Assembly: GCA_963717085.1 (NCBI GenBank) | Contig: CAVQVM010000019.1 | Coordinates: 137,397 to 201,396, forward strand | DNA from: an uncultured bacterium | Lineage (GTDB): Bacteria; Actinomycetota; Acidimicrobiia; Acidimicrobiales; VFJN01 | DNA length: 64,000 nucleotides | Reading direction: 5' to 3' | Shown: positions 45,557 through 54,704 of the stretch, piece by piece | Numbering within the stretch: position 1 is the stretch's first letter | How the letters are laid out: each line of letters begins with the position of its first letter | Notes under the pieces: generated by a model | Database searches by the model: none | What the model saw: only the letters and a program-made list of their open reading frames with translations | Told to the model about the DNA's origin: nothing | Position numbers and translations under genes: made by a program

Positions 45557-46744
45557 ATGACCCGAGACGCACCGACGGACTCGCCCCGCGGCCCGCTCGC
45601 GGGCCTGGTCGTCGCCGACCTGTCCCGGGTGCTCGCCGGGCCCTACTGCTCGATGCTCCTCGGTGACATGGGCGCCACCGTCATCAAGGTGGAGGGTCCC
45701 GGTGGCGATGACACGCGCACGTGGACGCCCCCGGTGAAGGACGGGGTCTCGACCTACTACCTCTCCATCGGGCGGAACAAGCGGTCCGTCGTGCTCGACT
45801 TCCGAGACCCCGAAGACCGCGCCCTGGCGGGCGAGCTGCTGCGCCTCGCCGACGTCGCCATCGAGAACTTCAAGCCCGGAGGCCTCCACAAGTTCGGGCT
45901 CGACTACGAAACCGCCGCCGAGCGCAACTCCCGGCTCATCTACCTGTCGATCACCGGGTTCGGAACCGGGGAGGGAGCGTGGCTGCCCGGCTACGACCTC
46001 ATGGTCCAGGCCGTCTCCGGGCTGATGAGCCTGACGGGCGACCCCGACGGGCCGGCGTTCCGGGCCGGCATCTCGGTGTTCGACGTCATGGCCGGCCTGC
46101 ACGGGTTGATCGGCATCCTGGCGGCACTCCACCAGCGCGACGAGACGGGCCGTGGCCAGCACGTCGAGGTGAACCTGCTGTCGTCGGCGATGTCTGGCCT
46201 CGTCAACCAGACGGCGGCCTACACGGCCGGCGGCGTGGTGCCGATGAGGATGGGCAACGCCCACCCGAGCCTGTTCCCGTACGAGACGATGCCCACCGCC
46301 GACCGGGACATGATCATCACCGCCGGCAACGACCGGCAGTTCCGGGCCCTCTGCGAGGTGCTCGGGATCCCCGAGGTGCCCGACAACCCGCAGTTCGCGA
46401 CCAACGCCGATCGGACCCGCAACCGAGAGCCACTGCGCGCCATCCTCGTCGCCGAGCTCGCGAAGTGGAAGGCCGACGACCTGTTCGTGGCGCTGAACAA
46501 GGCGGGCGTGCCCTGCGGGCCGATCAACACCATCGGGGAGGGCGTCGAGCTGGCGGAGTCGCTCGGGCTTGCGCCCCGCGTCGAGCTCGGCACCGGGGAT
46601 CGGGCCGTGTCGCTCGTGCGCAACCCCATCGGGTTCGGCGACGCCGAACTGAGCTACGACCTTCCGCCCCCCGAGCTCGGGGAGCACAGCGACGAGATCA
46701 GGTCCTGGTTGCGCACGAGCCTCGAGCATCGGGGCGCCGAGTGA
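45557..46744 (+). CDS. Family III CoA-transferase (CaiB/BaiF)
   Basis: ATG at 45557 after GAAGGAGGG: GLVVADLSRVLAGPYCSMLLGDMGATVIKVE...ENFKPGGLHKFGL...GYDLMVQAVSGLMSLTG. Confidence 0.9.
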   Translation: MTRDAPTDSPRGPLAGLVVADLSRVLAGPYCSMLLGDMGATVIKVEGPGGDDTRTWTPPVKDGVSTYYLSIGRNKRSVVLDFRDPEDRALAGELLRLADVAIENFKPGGLHKFGLDYETAAERNSRLIYLSITGFGTGEGAWLPGYDLMVQAVSGLMSLTGDPDGPAFRAGISVFDVMAGLHGLIGILAALHQRDETGRGQHVEVNLLSSAMSGLVNQTAAYTAGGVVPMRMGNAHPSLFPYETMPTADRDMIITAGNDRQFRALCEVLGIPEVPDNPQFATNADRTRNREPLRAILVAELAKWKADDLFVALNKAGVPCGPINTIGEGVELAESLGLAPRVELGTGDRAVSLVRNPIGFGDAELSYDLPPPELGEHSDEIRSWLRTSLEHRGAE

Positions 46745-47529
46745 GCACGGTGGACGGCGCGTCCTACCGGACCGGCATCGGCACGTCCACGGCCGACACC
46801 ATCACGCTGCTCGGCCACGATCTCGCTCGGGACCTGATCGGCCAGGTCAGTTTCGGCGAGCTGGCGTTCTGGCTGCTCACCAAGCGGCGCCCCACGCCGC
46901 CGGAGTCGGCCATGTTCGAGGCGGTGCTCGTCTCGCTCGCCGACCACGGGTTTACGCCCACCGCGATCGCCGCCCGATTGACCTACACCAGCGCCCCGGA
47001 GGCGTTGCAGGGCGCGGTCGCCGCTGGCCTGCTCGGCGGGGGATCGAGGTTCCTCGGGGTGACCGAGGATGCAGCCCGCTTCCTGTCCGAGGCTCTCGCG
47101 GGGCAGTCCCCGCGACCCGACGACGAAGCGGGCTGGGACCAGCTGGCCGTCGCCGTCACCGCCGCGACGACGGCGGCCGGCCGGTTCGTCCCGGGGCTCG
47201 GGCACCCGGTCCACAAGGTCGAGGACCCGCGAGTGCCGGTGCTCTTCGAGCTCGCCCAGCGCCACGACCGCTTCGGGGACCACCTCCAGCTGTTCGCGGC
47301 GATCGGGAGGGTGCACCCCGAGATCCTGGGCAGGACGCTGCCGTTGAACGGCGCCGGTGCCTGTGGCGCGGTCCTCGCCGACCTCGGCCTGCCCGTATCG
47401 GTCATGCGGGGCGTCGCCCTGTTGGCCCGGTGTGCCGGGATCCTCGGGCACCTGGCCGAAGAGCAGGCCGATCCGGTCGGCATGGACATCTATCTGAGCG
47501 TCGACCGCAACGTCGATTATCGGCCCTGA
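46741..47529 (+). CDS. Citrate-synthase-fold short protein (citryl-CoA-lyase-like)
   Basis: GTG at 46741 overlaps the upstream stop (GTGA): ...VLVSLADHGFTPTAIAARLTYTSAPEALQGAVAAGLLGGG...VPGLGHPVHKVEDPR. Confidence 0.8.
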   Translation: MSTVDGASYRTGIGTSTADTITLLGHDLARDLIGQVSFGELAFWLLTKRRPTPPESAMFEAVLVSLADHGFTPTAIAARLTYTSAPEALQGAVAAGLLGGGSRFLGVTEDAARFLSEALAGQSPRPDDEAGWDQLAVAVTAATTAAGRFVPGLGHPVHKVEDPRVPVLFELAQRHDRFGDHLQLFAAIGRVHPEILGRTLPLNGAGACGAVLADLGLPVSVMRGVALLARCAGILGHLAEEQADPVGMDIYLSVDRNVDYRP

Positions 47530-47619
47530 CACAACCGTTATCGCGACCGCTCTGTGGTAGCTTGACCGCCTGTCGGGCATAACAGCCGACGTGAAACGGG
47601 GCCAAGAGGGGGAACACAA

Positions 47620-48207
47620 ATGGCAGCTCCGACATATACGACTACTCAGAGCGAGCAAACGGTCGCTGAGCCGGCGCGGGTAGGGATCGCCGAAGCCTCC
47701 GCCTGGTGGTACGACTGGGTGAACCTTCACCGCGTGGGCGCGGCCGCACTCGTTGGCGTGATCGCCACGGCGATCGCGACCTATTTCGGCTACGTCTTCC
47801 CGGCGATCGGGCTCCCGACCGTCCCGTGGCCGCTCTTCAACGGCGTCCTCGGCGCGCCGGTGGAGGAGTTCGGCACGCCCGCCTCTTACTTCGTGGGCCA
47901 GTCGATCCACTTCGTGAACGGCGTCGTCTTCACGATCCTCTACGCCGCGCTGGCGCTGCACGTGCTGCCCTTCCGCAACACGCACGGCGGGAACATCCTC
48001 AAGGGCATCCTGTACAGCGTCGTGCTGACGATCATCAGCCTCGGGGTGCTGGTGCCTTACGCCTACGTGCCCAAGCAGGGCTACGGCCTCTTCACGTTCT
48101 ACGGGCCGGACGGCTGGAAGCTGCCGGCGGCCGTGCTCCTGTGGCACGTGATCTGGGGCTTCTTCATCGGCGTGCTGTACCAGCTCCGGGGAACCAGGCG
48201 GGCGTAG
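47620..48207 (+). CDS. Integral membrane protein, unknown family
   Basis: 195 aa with 4 TM segments, preceded by AGAGGGGGA. Confidence 0.75.
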   Translation: MAAPTYTTTQSEQTVAEPARVGIAEASAWWYDWVNLHRVGAAALVGVIATAIATYFGYVFPAIGLPTVPWPLFNGVLGAPVEEFGTPASYFVGQSIHFVNGVVFTILYAALALHVLPFRNTHGGNILKGILYSVVLTIISLGVLVPYAYVPKQGYGLFTFYGPDGWKLPAAVLLWHVIWGFFIGVLYQLRGTRRA

Positions 48208-48366
48208 CCCCGAGCTCCCGAGATTCGAGGCGTCTCCCCGGCCGGCCAGGTCCCGGTCGGGGAGCGCCCCGTTCCACTAGCCCACGCAACCACCGGGTTC
48301 GATCCCCGGCGGCGTTCGGTCGTGCCTGCGAGCGCCCGTCCCCGCCGCCGATAGGCTCCGGCCGCG

Positions 48367-49458
48367 ATGGTGGCCGTCGCCCGGGTCTTGGCCTTTGTCG
48401 CCGGGGCGACGATCGTCATGGCCACGCTCGCCTCGGCGGTCAAGTCAGTAGTGGTTCCCCGGGCCGAGCCGGTGCTGATGGCCCGGTGGGTGTTCGTCAC
48501 CCTCCGCAAGCCATTCGACCTGCGGGTCCGCCGCGCCGCCACGTGGGACGCCGCGGACCGCATCATGTCCCGGTTCGCGCCGTTCGCGCTGCTCACGCAG
48601 CCCCTGGTGTGGGTGGCCGCGGTGCTCCTGGGCTTCATGCCGATCTACTGGGCGCTGGGCCTCGAATGGCCCCGCGACGCCTTCGAGGAGTCGGGCTCGT
48701 CGCTGCTGACGCTCGGCTTCGCCGTCGATCATCACGGACCGGTGGTAGCCGCCATGTTCGTCGAGGCCACCCTGGGACTGGGTCTGGTGGCGCTGCTCAT
48801 CAGCTTCCTGCCGACCATCTACCAGCACTTCTCCCGCCGCGAGGTGCTGGTCTCGCAGCTCGACGTGCGGGCGGGGACGCCGCCGACTCCCGTCGCCCTC
48901 TTCGAGCGGGCGACGCGGATCGGCTGGATCGACGAGTTGGATGACCTCTGGCTGGAGTGGGAGCGCTGGTTCACCGAGCTCGAGGAGTCGCACACCTCGT
49001 ACCTGTCGCTGCCGTTCTTTCGCAGCCCGACCCCCGGGCGCTCGTGGATCACCGCCGCCGGCGCCGTGCTCGACAGCGCCTCCTTGCGCCTAGCGGCCAT
49101 CGACCTGCCGCGCTCGTGGCAGGCCCAGCTGTGCGTCCGGGCGGGGTACCTGGCGCTGCGGCACATCGCCGAGCCGTACGGCATCCGCTTCGATCCCGAC
49201 CCGGCCCCCACCGATCCCATCTCGATCACCCGGGATGAGTTCGACCAGGTCCTGGCCGAGCTCGCGGACCTCGGGGTCCCGCTCAAGTCGGACCACGACC
49301 AGGCGTGGCGCGACTTCGCCGGCTGGCGCGTCAACTACGACACCGTGCTGCTGCCGTTGTCGGGCCTGGTCATGGCCCCGTACTCGCCGTGGTCGTCCGA
49401 CCGGGGCATCAACTACCGCGTGCGTCTCGTGCGGCCCGGCGCCCGGCGCAAGGCCTGA
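48367..49458 (+). CDS. Membrane protein with a soluble C-terminal domain, unknown family
   Basis: 363 aa with 3-4 N-terminal TM segments. I recognised no family. Confidence 0.7.
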   Translation: MVAVARVLAFVAGATIVMATLASAVKSVVVPRAEPVLMARWVFVTLRKPFDLRVRRAATWDAADRIMSRFAPFALLTQPLVWVAAVLLGFMPIYWALGLEWPRDAFEESGSSLLTLGFAVDHHGPVVAAMFVEATLGLGLVALLISFLPTIYQHFSRREVLVSQLDVRAGTPPTPVALFERATRIGWIDELDDLWLEWERWFTELEESHTSYLSLPFFRSPTPGRSWITAAGAVLDSASLRLAAIDLPRSWQAQLCVRAGYLALRHIAEPYGIRFDPDPAPTDPISITRDEFDQVLAELADLGVPLKSDHDQAWRDFAGWRVNYDTVLLPLSGLVMAPYSPWSSDRGINYRVRLVRPGARRKA

Positions 49459-49491
49459 GCGCCCGCCGCCCGAGCGCCCGCCGCCGAAGCG

Positions 49492-50463
49492 TCACGCCCT
49501 CGCCGCCGTCCGCAGCAGGTCGTCGGCTTGGCTGACGGTGCGGGTGACGATCTCGGCGGCCGGCTCGATGGCGTCGACGAGGCCCGCCGACTCGCCCGCG
49601 TACATCGGCATGGCTTCGATGTCGCCCTCGGCGTCCACGGCCGGCGGGACGAACCCGAACCGCGGCACATCCAGGGTCGTAGGGCCGATCCGAACGGTCG
49701 CAACGGTGGCGCCGTCGGGGAGCGAGGCGTTGCGCTCGAACGCGGACCGCAACACCCGGGAGTCCGCCACCGAGTCCGGCCAACCGGTCCTGAACGCGTC
49801 GGTCAACACGGTGCCATCGCCGTCGGCGCGGACGATGGCGTCCTTGTAGGTGGGATGCGCTCCCGACTCGGGCGTGACGATGAAGCGCGTGCCCATCCGA
49901 CACGCGGCCGCGCCGGCGGCGATGGCGGCGGCAAGACCGCGGCCGTTGGCGATGCCCCCGCTGGCGACCACCGGGACGTCGACTGCGTCCAGAACCTCGC
50001 TCAGCAGAGGCCACAGGCTGCGGTCGCCGTGCATGCGCCCGCCGCCCTCGGTGCCGCGCGCCACGATCAGGTCACAGCCCGCGTCGACCGCAGCTCGCGC
50101 CTGGTCGACCGCGCCGACCTGCCACCCCGCCAGTGCGCCGCCCCCGTGCACCCGCGCCACCAGGGATGCGTCGACGGGACCGTGGTAGAAGTCCACGTAA
50201 CGGCACCGGGCTGCGGCCACGTCGACGACGTCGGCGTCGAGGAACGGGATGAGCACGTTGAAGCCGAAGGGCCCCGCGACCTGCGCGCCGAGCGCGTCGA
50301 GCATGGCGGCCACCGCCGGCGCAGGCGCCCCGGGCATGCTGGTCATGCCCATGGCCCCGGCACCGACGACGGCGGTCACGAGCTCGGGCGTGCAGATCGC
50401 GCCCATGGGTGCCAGCTGGATCGGTACCTCGCAGCCGACAAGGTTGGTGAACGCCGTTCGCAT
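49492..50463 (-). CDS. Nitronate monooxygenase (NMO/2-nitropropane dioxygenase) family
   Basis: 323 aa: VPIQLAPMGAI...IVARGTEGGGRMHG...VVASGGIANGRGLAAAIAAGAAACRMGTRF. Confidence 0.9.
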   Translation of the reverse strand: MRTAFTNLVGCEVPIQLAPMGAICTPELVTAVVGAGAMGMTSMPGAPAPAVAAMLDALGAQVAGPFGFNVLIPFLDADVVDVAAARCRYVDFYHGPVDASLVARVHGGGALAGWQVGAVDQARAAVDAGCDLIVARGTEGGGRMHGDRSLWPLLSEVLDAVDVPVVASGGIANGRGLAAAIAAGAAACRMGTRFIVTPESGAHPTYKDAIVRADGDGTVLTDAFRTGWPDSVADSRVLRSAFERNASLPDGATVATVRIGPTTLDVPRFGFVPPAVDAEGDIEAMPMYAGESAGLVDAIEPAAEIVTRTVSQADDLLRTAARA

Positions 50464-50594
50464 CTTCCTCCACTCCCCGGGTCATCCGGACGCGGCCATC
50501 TTGGTCCATGTCGTCCGGCGCGGTCATGGGCATCGGGGGGCCGGGACGGCGGGACAGGTATCGTCAATGCCGCCGGTATCACGGCGGACTGCGA

Positions 50595-51422
50595 ATGACC
50601 GACAGATCTGAGCCCCGCACGACCGGCCGGACCCGACCGGCGGTCCGGCGACCGTCGTTGCTGCTGGGCGCGCTGGAGCAACAGCGGGCCCTGGCCGAGC
50701 TGGTCGGATTCGGCGTATCACTCCCACTGTTTCGCCTGATGCCGGCCGGCGACGGCCATCCGGTGCTCGTCCTCCCCGGGTTCATGGCGGACGACTGGTC
50801 GACCGTGGCGCTGCGCTCCGTCCTCCAGTCCCGCGGCTACCAGGTCCACCGCTGGGGCCTCGGGAGGAACTTCGGTCCCCGGGCCGCCACGGTGGACGGA
50901 CTCGTGGGCCGGCTCGACGCCATCCACCGCGACGGTGGGCGCACGGTCAGCCTGGTGGGGTGGAGCCTCGGCGGCATCTATGCCCGCGCCCTGGCGCGCT
51001 GGCGGCCACAGGCCGTCCGGCGCGTGATCACCCTCGGCAGCCCGTTCCGCATGCGGCCCGAGGACCGCAGCAACGCCTCCCGCCTGTTCGACCGGCTCAA
51101 CCCGGGTCCCGGACGGCCCCATCATGCGGCCATCGAGGCGCAGCCGCTCCCCGTGCCGTCGACCGCCATCTACACGCGCACCGACGGCGTGGCCCGCTGG
51201 CACCTCTGCATCGAGGCGGAGCACCCCCGTGCCGAGAACATCGAGGTCAGGGGCAGCCATTGCGGGCTCGGCCACAACCCGGCCGTCATCCTGGCGATCG
51301 CCGACCGGCTGGCGCAGCCGGAGGGATCGTTCCGCCGGTTCCGACCGCCACGCGCTGCGGCCGCCCTGTACCCGCCGCCGACGTGGTGGCGCGCCACCGC
51401 CGACGGGGCCGGCGCCGCCTAG
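50595..51422 (+). CDS. Alpha/beta-fold hydrolase
   Basis: ATG at 50595: PVLVLPGFMADDWST...VSLVGWSLGGIYAR (GxSxG) ...GSHCGLGHNP. Confidence 0.8.
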   Translation: MTDRSEPRTTGRTRPAVRRPSLLLGALEQQRALAELVGFGVSLPLFRLMPAGDGHPVLVLPGFMADDWSTVALRSVLQSRGYQVHRWGLGRNFGPRAATVDGLVGRLDAIHRDGGRTVSLVGWSLGGIYARALARWRPQAVRRVITLGSPFRMRPEDRSNASRLFDRLNPGPGRPHHAAIEAQPLPVPSTAIYTRTDGVARWHLCIEAEHPRAENIEVRGSHCGLGHNPAVILAIADRLAQPEGSFRRFRPPRAAAALYPPPTWWRATADGAGAA

Positions 51423-51444
51423 TGGGGTGGCTCGTAGCCACCCC
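51419..51444. repeat. Minimal CTAG-TGGGG unit and hairpin at the shared stop of two convergent genes
   Basis: CTAGTGGGGTGGCTCGTAGCCACCCC. CTAG supplies TAG on both strands. The first 16 nt match the terminal repeat of 13947-14113 at 15/16 positions. The stem is GGGGTGGCT/AGCCACCCC. Confidence 0.65.
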
Positions 51445-52948
51445 CGTCAGCGCCGCCGCCCGTGGCGCTTGGCTTGCGCTTGCCGCGGCTTGACCGCGCC
51501 GCGGGAGCCGAGCGCTTCGCGCTTTTCCGGCGTGCGCTGTCGGTGCGGTGCCCGTTGGTAGGCAGCAGCTCGGTCAGGCCGTTGGAGATGCCGTTGACGA
51601 GAACGTCGATGTCGGGCGCGCAGTCGTAGTCGCCGGTCACGCCGAAGACGAGCTCGCCGTCGTAGGAGAAGATCGCCACCCCCACGCGGAGGGGCGCGGC
51701 GAGCGGCACGTACGGGCAGGCGCGCACCATCCGGCGCCCGCACAGGTACAGAGGGAACTGCGGGCCGGGCACGTTGGTCGTGACCGTGTCGAGCTGGCCC
51801 ATCCGGCGGGCGACGCGGGTGGCGACGCGGCTGCCGAGCGTCAGCAGCATCGGCGGGGCGAAGCCCGACAACGACGTGAGCGCCTCGCCGGCCACGGCCT
51901 GCTTGGACTGTTTGAGGTCGTCGAGCTGCGTGCTGATTGCCGCCAGCCGCGCGATGGGATCGTCGACGCCGACCGGCAGCTCGGCGAACATCGCCGAGAC
52001 CCGGTTCTCCATGGTGCCGTCGCCGTGGGCCGGGCCCGCCGCGGAGCGAGCGCGCACCGAGACCGGCACCAGGGTCCGGATCACCCGGCCGTCGGTCGCT
52101 TCATCCCGCGAGCGCAACAGGTCGCGGAACCCGCGGGTGATCAGCGCCAGGACCACGTCGTTGACCGTCCCACCGTGGGCGGCCCTGATCCGCTTGATGT
52201 CCGCCAGGTCGGCGACCGTCCAGGTGTAGCGGCGGTGGGGTCCGATGGGCCCGTTGAGACTGGTCGGCGGCGTCGGCTTGACGATCCGGGACAGCGCCAC
52301 CGATCCCGTGGCCAGCTCGCGCACCGTCTCGAGGGTGTGCCTCGGGCGGCGGACGACCGACCCCGCGGCCCGCACCTGCTCGTAGGGGCTCGTGAGCAGG
52401 TCGACGACCGCGTCCCGGGCCAGCCGGACGGGGCTGGGCTCGGGCCTCGGGCGCCATCCGTCGGCGACCGGCTCGGGCACCTCGGGCGAGAGGTCGAGCA
52501 ACACCGCGAGCAGTTCGGCCCCCGACACGCCGTCCACGAGGCAGTGGTGGACCTTCGACACCATCGCCCAGCGGCGGTCCTCCAGCCCCTCGGCCATCCA
52601 GATCTCCCACAGCGGCTTGCTGCGGTCGAGCCGCTGCGACATGACCCGGCCGACGAGGCGGCGCAACTCGGCATCGCCACCGGGCTCGGGGAGCGCCGTG
52701 TGGCGCACGTGATACTCGATGTTGAAGTGCGGGTCGTCGACCCACACCGGGCGGCCCAGCGACAGCGGGACCATCGCCACCTTCTGGCGGTAGCGCGGCA
52801 CGAGCGCCAGGCGGCCGCCCACGGTGCTCGTGAGCTCCTCGTACGTGGGGGGCGGGCCCTCGAAGATCCCGACGGAACCGATGTGCATGTGGTTCACGTC
52901 GTCCTCGATGTGGAGGAACGACGCGTCCAGGGGGCTCAAGCGATCCAT
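51419..52948 (-). CDS. Wax ester synthase/diacylglycerol acyltransferase (WS/DGAT)
   Basis: 509 aa: SPLDASFLHIED...HMHIG and the HHCLVDGVSG catalytic motif. Confidence 0.95.
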   Translation of the reverse strand: MDRLSPLDASFLHIEDDVNHMHIGSVGIFEGPPPTYEELTSTVGGRLALVPRYRQKVAMVPLSLGRPVWVDDPHFNIEYHVRHTALPEPGGDAELRRLVGRVMSQRLDRSKPLWEIWMAEGLEDRRWAMVSKVHHCLVDGVSGAELLAVLLDLSPEVPEPVADGWRPRPEPSPVRLARDAVVDLLTSPYEQVRAAGSVVRRPRHTLETVRELATGSVALSRIVKPTPPTSLNGPIGPHRRYTWTVADLADIKRIRAAHGGTVNDVVLALITRGFRDLLRSRDEATDGRVIRTLVPVSVRARSAAGPAHGDGTMENRVSAMFAELPVGVDDPIARLAAISTQLDDLKQSKQAVAGEALTSLSGFAPPMLLTLGSRVATRVARRMGQLDTVTTNVPGPQFPLYLCGRRMVRACPYVPLAAPLRVGVAIFSYDGELVFGVTGDYDCAPDIDVLVNGISNGLTELLPTNGHRTDSARRKSAKRSAPAARSSRGKRKPSATGGGADGGGYEPPH

Positions 52949-53017
52949 CGGCGTTGCCTCCTCATCGGGGAGGTGCTTACCTCCCTGGGGCCATCCAATC
53001 AGCCCGTCCCGGCCATG

Positions 53018-53503
53018 TCATCCGGATCGGAGGCACTGGTCCAGTGCCGAGGCCTCGATGTCCAGGCGCCGGAGCAGCCCCGGAACGATGCGGCGTTCGG
53101 CGTTGCCGCCCACGATCGGCACCTCCACCACCAGCTCACCGTCCAACGTGCGCCGCGTGCCACCATCGTCGGGCTCGATGACAACGTCGGCGCGGCCGTG
53201 GAGGCGCCGGGGGTCGGCCTCGGCCGCGAACGTGAGCCGTCCCGCGCCGCTCGCCCGGTCGACACGCAGCTCCTGCAGCCACGTCAGCCGGCGGCCACCC
53301 AGGAGCCGGCGCGCGAGCGGGTCGAGGTGGCCGACGAAGTCGTAGCGCAGCCGCAACACGGTCTCGGACTGGTTGGGGTGCACGTCGGCGTCGAGCAGTT
53401 TCAGGTCCGGAAGCTGCAGCCCACGGTGGAAGGCCGGGTCGGTCAGGCCGGCGATGACGGCGTCGACCGGTGCGGCGAACCGATGCTCGGCGGTGAAGTG
53501 CAT
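53018..53503 (-). CDS. SRPBCC-fold protein (DUF2505-like)
   Basis: ATG at 53503: MHFTAEHRFAAPVDAVIAGLTDPAF...GGNAERRIVPGLLRRLDIEA. Confidence 0.75.
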   Translation of the reverse strand: MHFTAEHRFAAPVDAVIAGLTDPAFHRGLQLPDLKLLDADVHPNQSETVLRLRYDFVGHLDPLARRLLGGRRLTWLQELRVDRASGAGRLTFAAEADPRRLHGRADVVIEPDDGGTRRTLDGELVVEVPIVGGNAERRIVPGLLRRLDIEASALDQCLRSG

Positions 53504-53603
53504 GCGACATCCTGGCAGTTCACCATCGGCACGACGCGGCGCCGTCACTCAGCGCAGACGAATCATGCGGCGCGTGGGACGTGACGGACCACCGTCCGTA
53601 AGG

Positions 53604-53750
53604 TCAGCCGCGTGACGCTCGCTGCTGCGCTCGCCGGATCAAGCGGCGGCGCTGGCGTCGCGTCACCTCGGTTGGGAACCGACCCGCGCGGTGGCTCCAC
53701 GGCCACGACCCGGCTGGCAGTTGATACGTGGTGGACCCGTAGGGGTTCAT
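53604..53750 (-). CDS. Small ORF (48 aa), SWPW motif + Arg-rich tail; paralog of ORF B at 37611
   Basis: Strong SD (GAAGGAG) 7 nt before ATG 53750. MNPYGSTTYQLPAGSWPWSHRAGRFPTEVTRRQRRRLIRRAQQRASRG. It is too short for the ORF track. Confidence 0.55.
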   Translation of the reverse strand: MNPYGSTTYQLPAGSWPWSHRAGRFPTEVTRRQRRRLIRRAQQRASRG

Positions 53751-53846
53751 CGGACACTCCTTCTCACGTTCTCGGCCTTATGATCGACGGTGCGGCGGCG
53801 GGGTGGTGTGGGGCGCGGTGATCGAGCGATCGGAACCGATGCTCGG

Positions 53847-54122
53847 TCAGGCACAGACGCCGGCGAGCGGCGTGTCCCGGAACCGGCGACCCTTCGAGAT
53901 GGCGCCCATCCATTCGGATGCGGGCCGGCCCCGCAGGTAAGCGATCCGACCGGCGCGATGCGGGCCCGCGACGCGCGGTTCATGGAGCCGAACGGCATCC
54001 AGATGCCCCGTCGGGCAACGGAGGTACCCGACCGGCCCGTCGCTGGTGTCGTGCAACGCAACGAGGCTGCGTGTCTGTACGGGAAACGAGACATCACAGC
54101 TGACGCAGTAGAGCTTGAACAT
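53847..54122 (-). CDS. Small CxxC...CPxGH protein (91 aa) with a C-terminal Y.RG.PA..W motif
   Basis: GGAGGTGG precedes ATG 54122. MFKLYCVSCDVSFPV...YLRCPTGHLDAV...IAYLRGRPASEWMGAISKGRRFR. Confidence 0.55.
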   Translation of the reverse strand: MFKLYCVSCDVSFPVQTRSLVALHDTSDGPVGYLRCPTGHLDAVRLHEPRVAGPHRAGRIAYLRGRPASEWMGAISKGRRFRDTPLAGVCA

Positions 54123-54256
54123 GCCGCCACCTCCATGGGGGAGTTCCGCTTGGGCGTAGCCGATCACGCGCTCTTGACCGTTCGCGGACGTTCGGCTGAC
54201 GCGGCGCCTGCGCCGGACGTCAGCGTGTGACCCTCGCCACGCCCGCCGGGCGATCC

Positions 54257-54673
54257 TCAGCTCGCGGCCTCGTCGTACGCCTCGGTGAGGAGGTCGCGCA
54301 GGTCATCGTCGAGGTCGGCGGGTTCGGCCACGTTGGCGACGTGGAAGTATCTCTCGCCGTACCGGACCACCTTTCGTGTGATGGTGCGATGGCTTGCCGG
54401 GCGCCGCAGGTAGAACGAGAGGGCGGTCCAACGTTGCAGCGGGCGTAGCTCTGCGAACTTGCGCGGGTTCTTCAGGAAGATCCCCACCGACACGGGCTCC
54501 ACGTACACCGGGCCCACGCCTTCGAGGTGGCGCATCACTGCGTCGAAGATCGGCCGCTCGTGCCGGGGCCCGGTGGCGAAGTATTCGTCCAAGGTCATCG
54601 CAGGCGCGCAGTCGTGTGATTGCCGGGCGCGGCCGAACCGGCGGTCGCAGTCGGGGCAGGTCCATGCCCGCAT
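54257..54673 (-). CDS. Conserved hypothetical protein (DUF5655-like), N-terminal CxxC
   Basis: ATG at 54673: MRAWTCPDCDRRFGRARQSHDC...VSVGIFLKNPRKFAELRPLQRWTALSFYL. The family name is from memory. Confidence 0.7.
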   Translation of the reverse strand: MRAWTCPDCDRRFGRARQSHDCAPAMTLDEYFATGPRHERPIFDAVMRHLEGVGPVYVEPVSVGIFLKNPRKFAELRPLQRWTALSFYLRRPASHRTITRKVVRYGERYFHVANVAEPADLDDDLRDLLTEAYDEAAS

Positions 54674-54704
54674 CCACCCCAGCCTGCCCCACCGAACCGG
54701 TGGG

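Noticed and set aside
50603-50610. A fifth CAGATCTG occurrence
   Set aside because: It lies inside the first codons of the alpha/beta-hydrolase gene, outside the island, and lacks the shared flanks. It is probably a chance occurrence.
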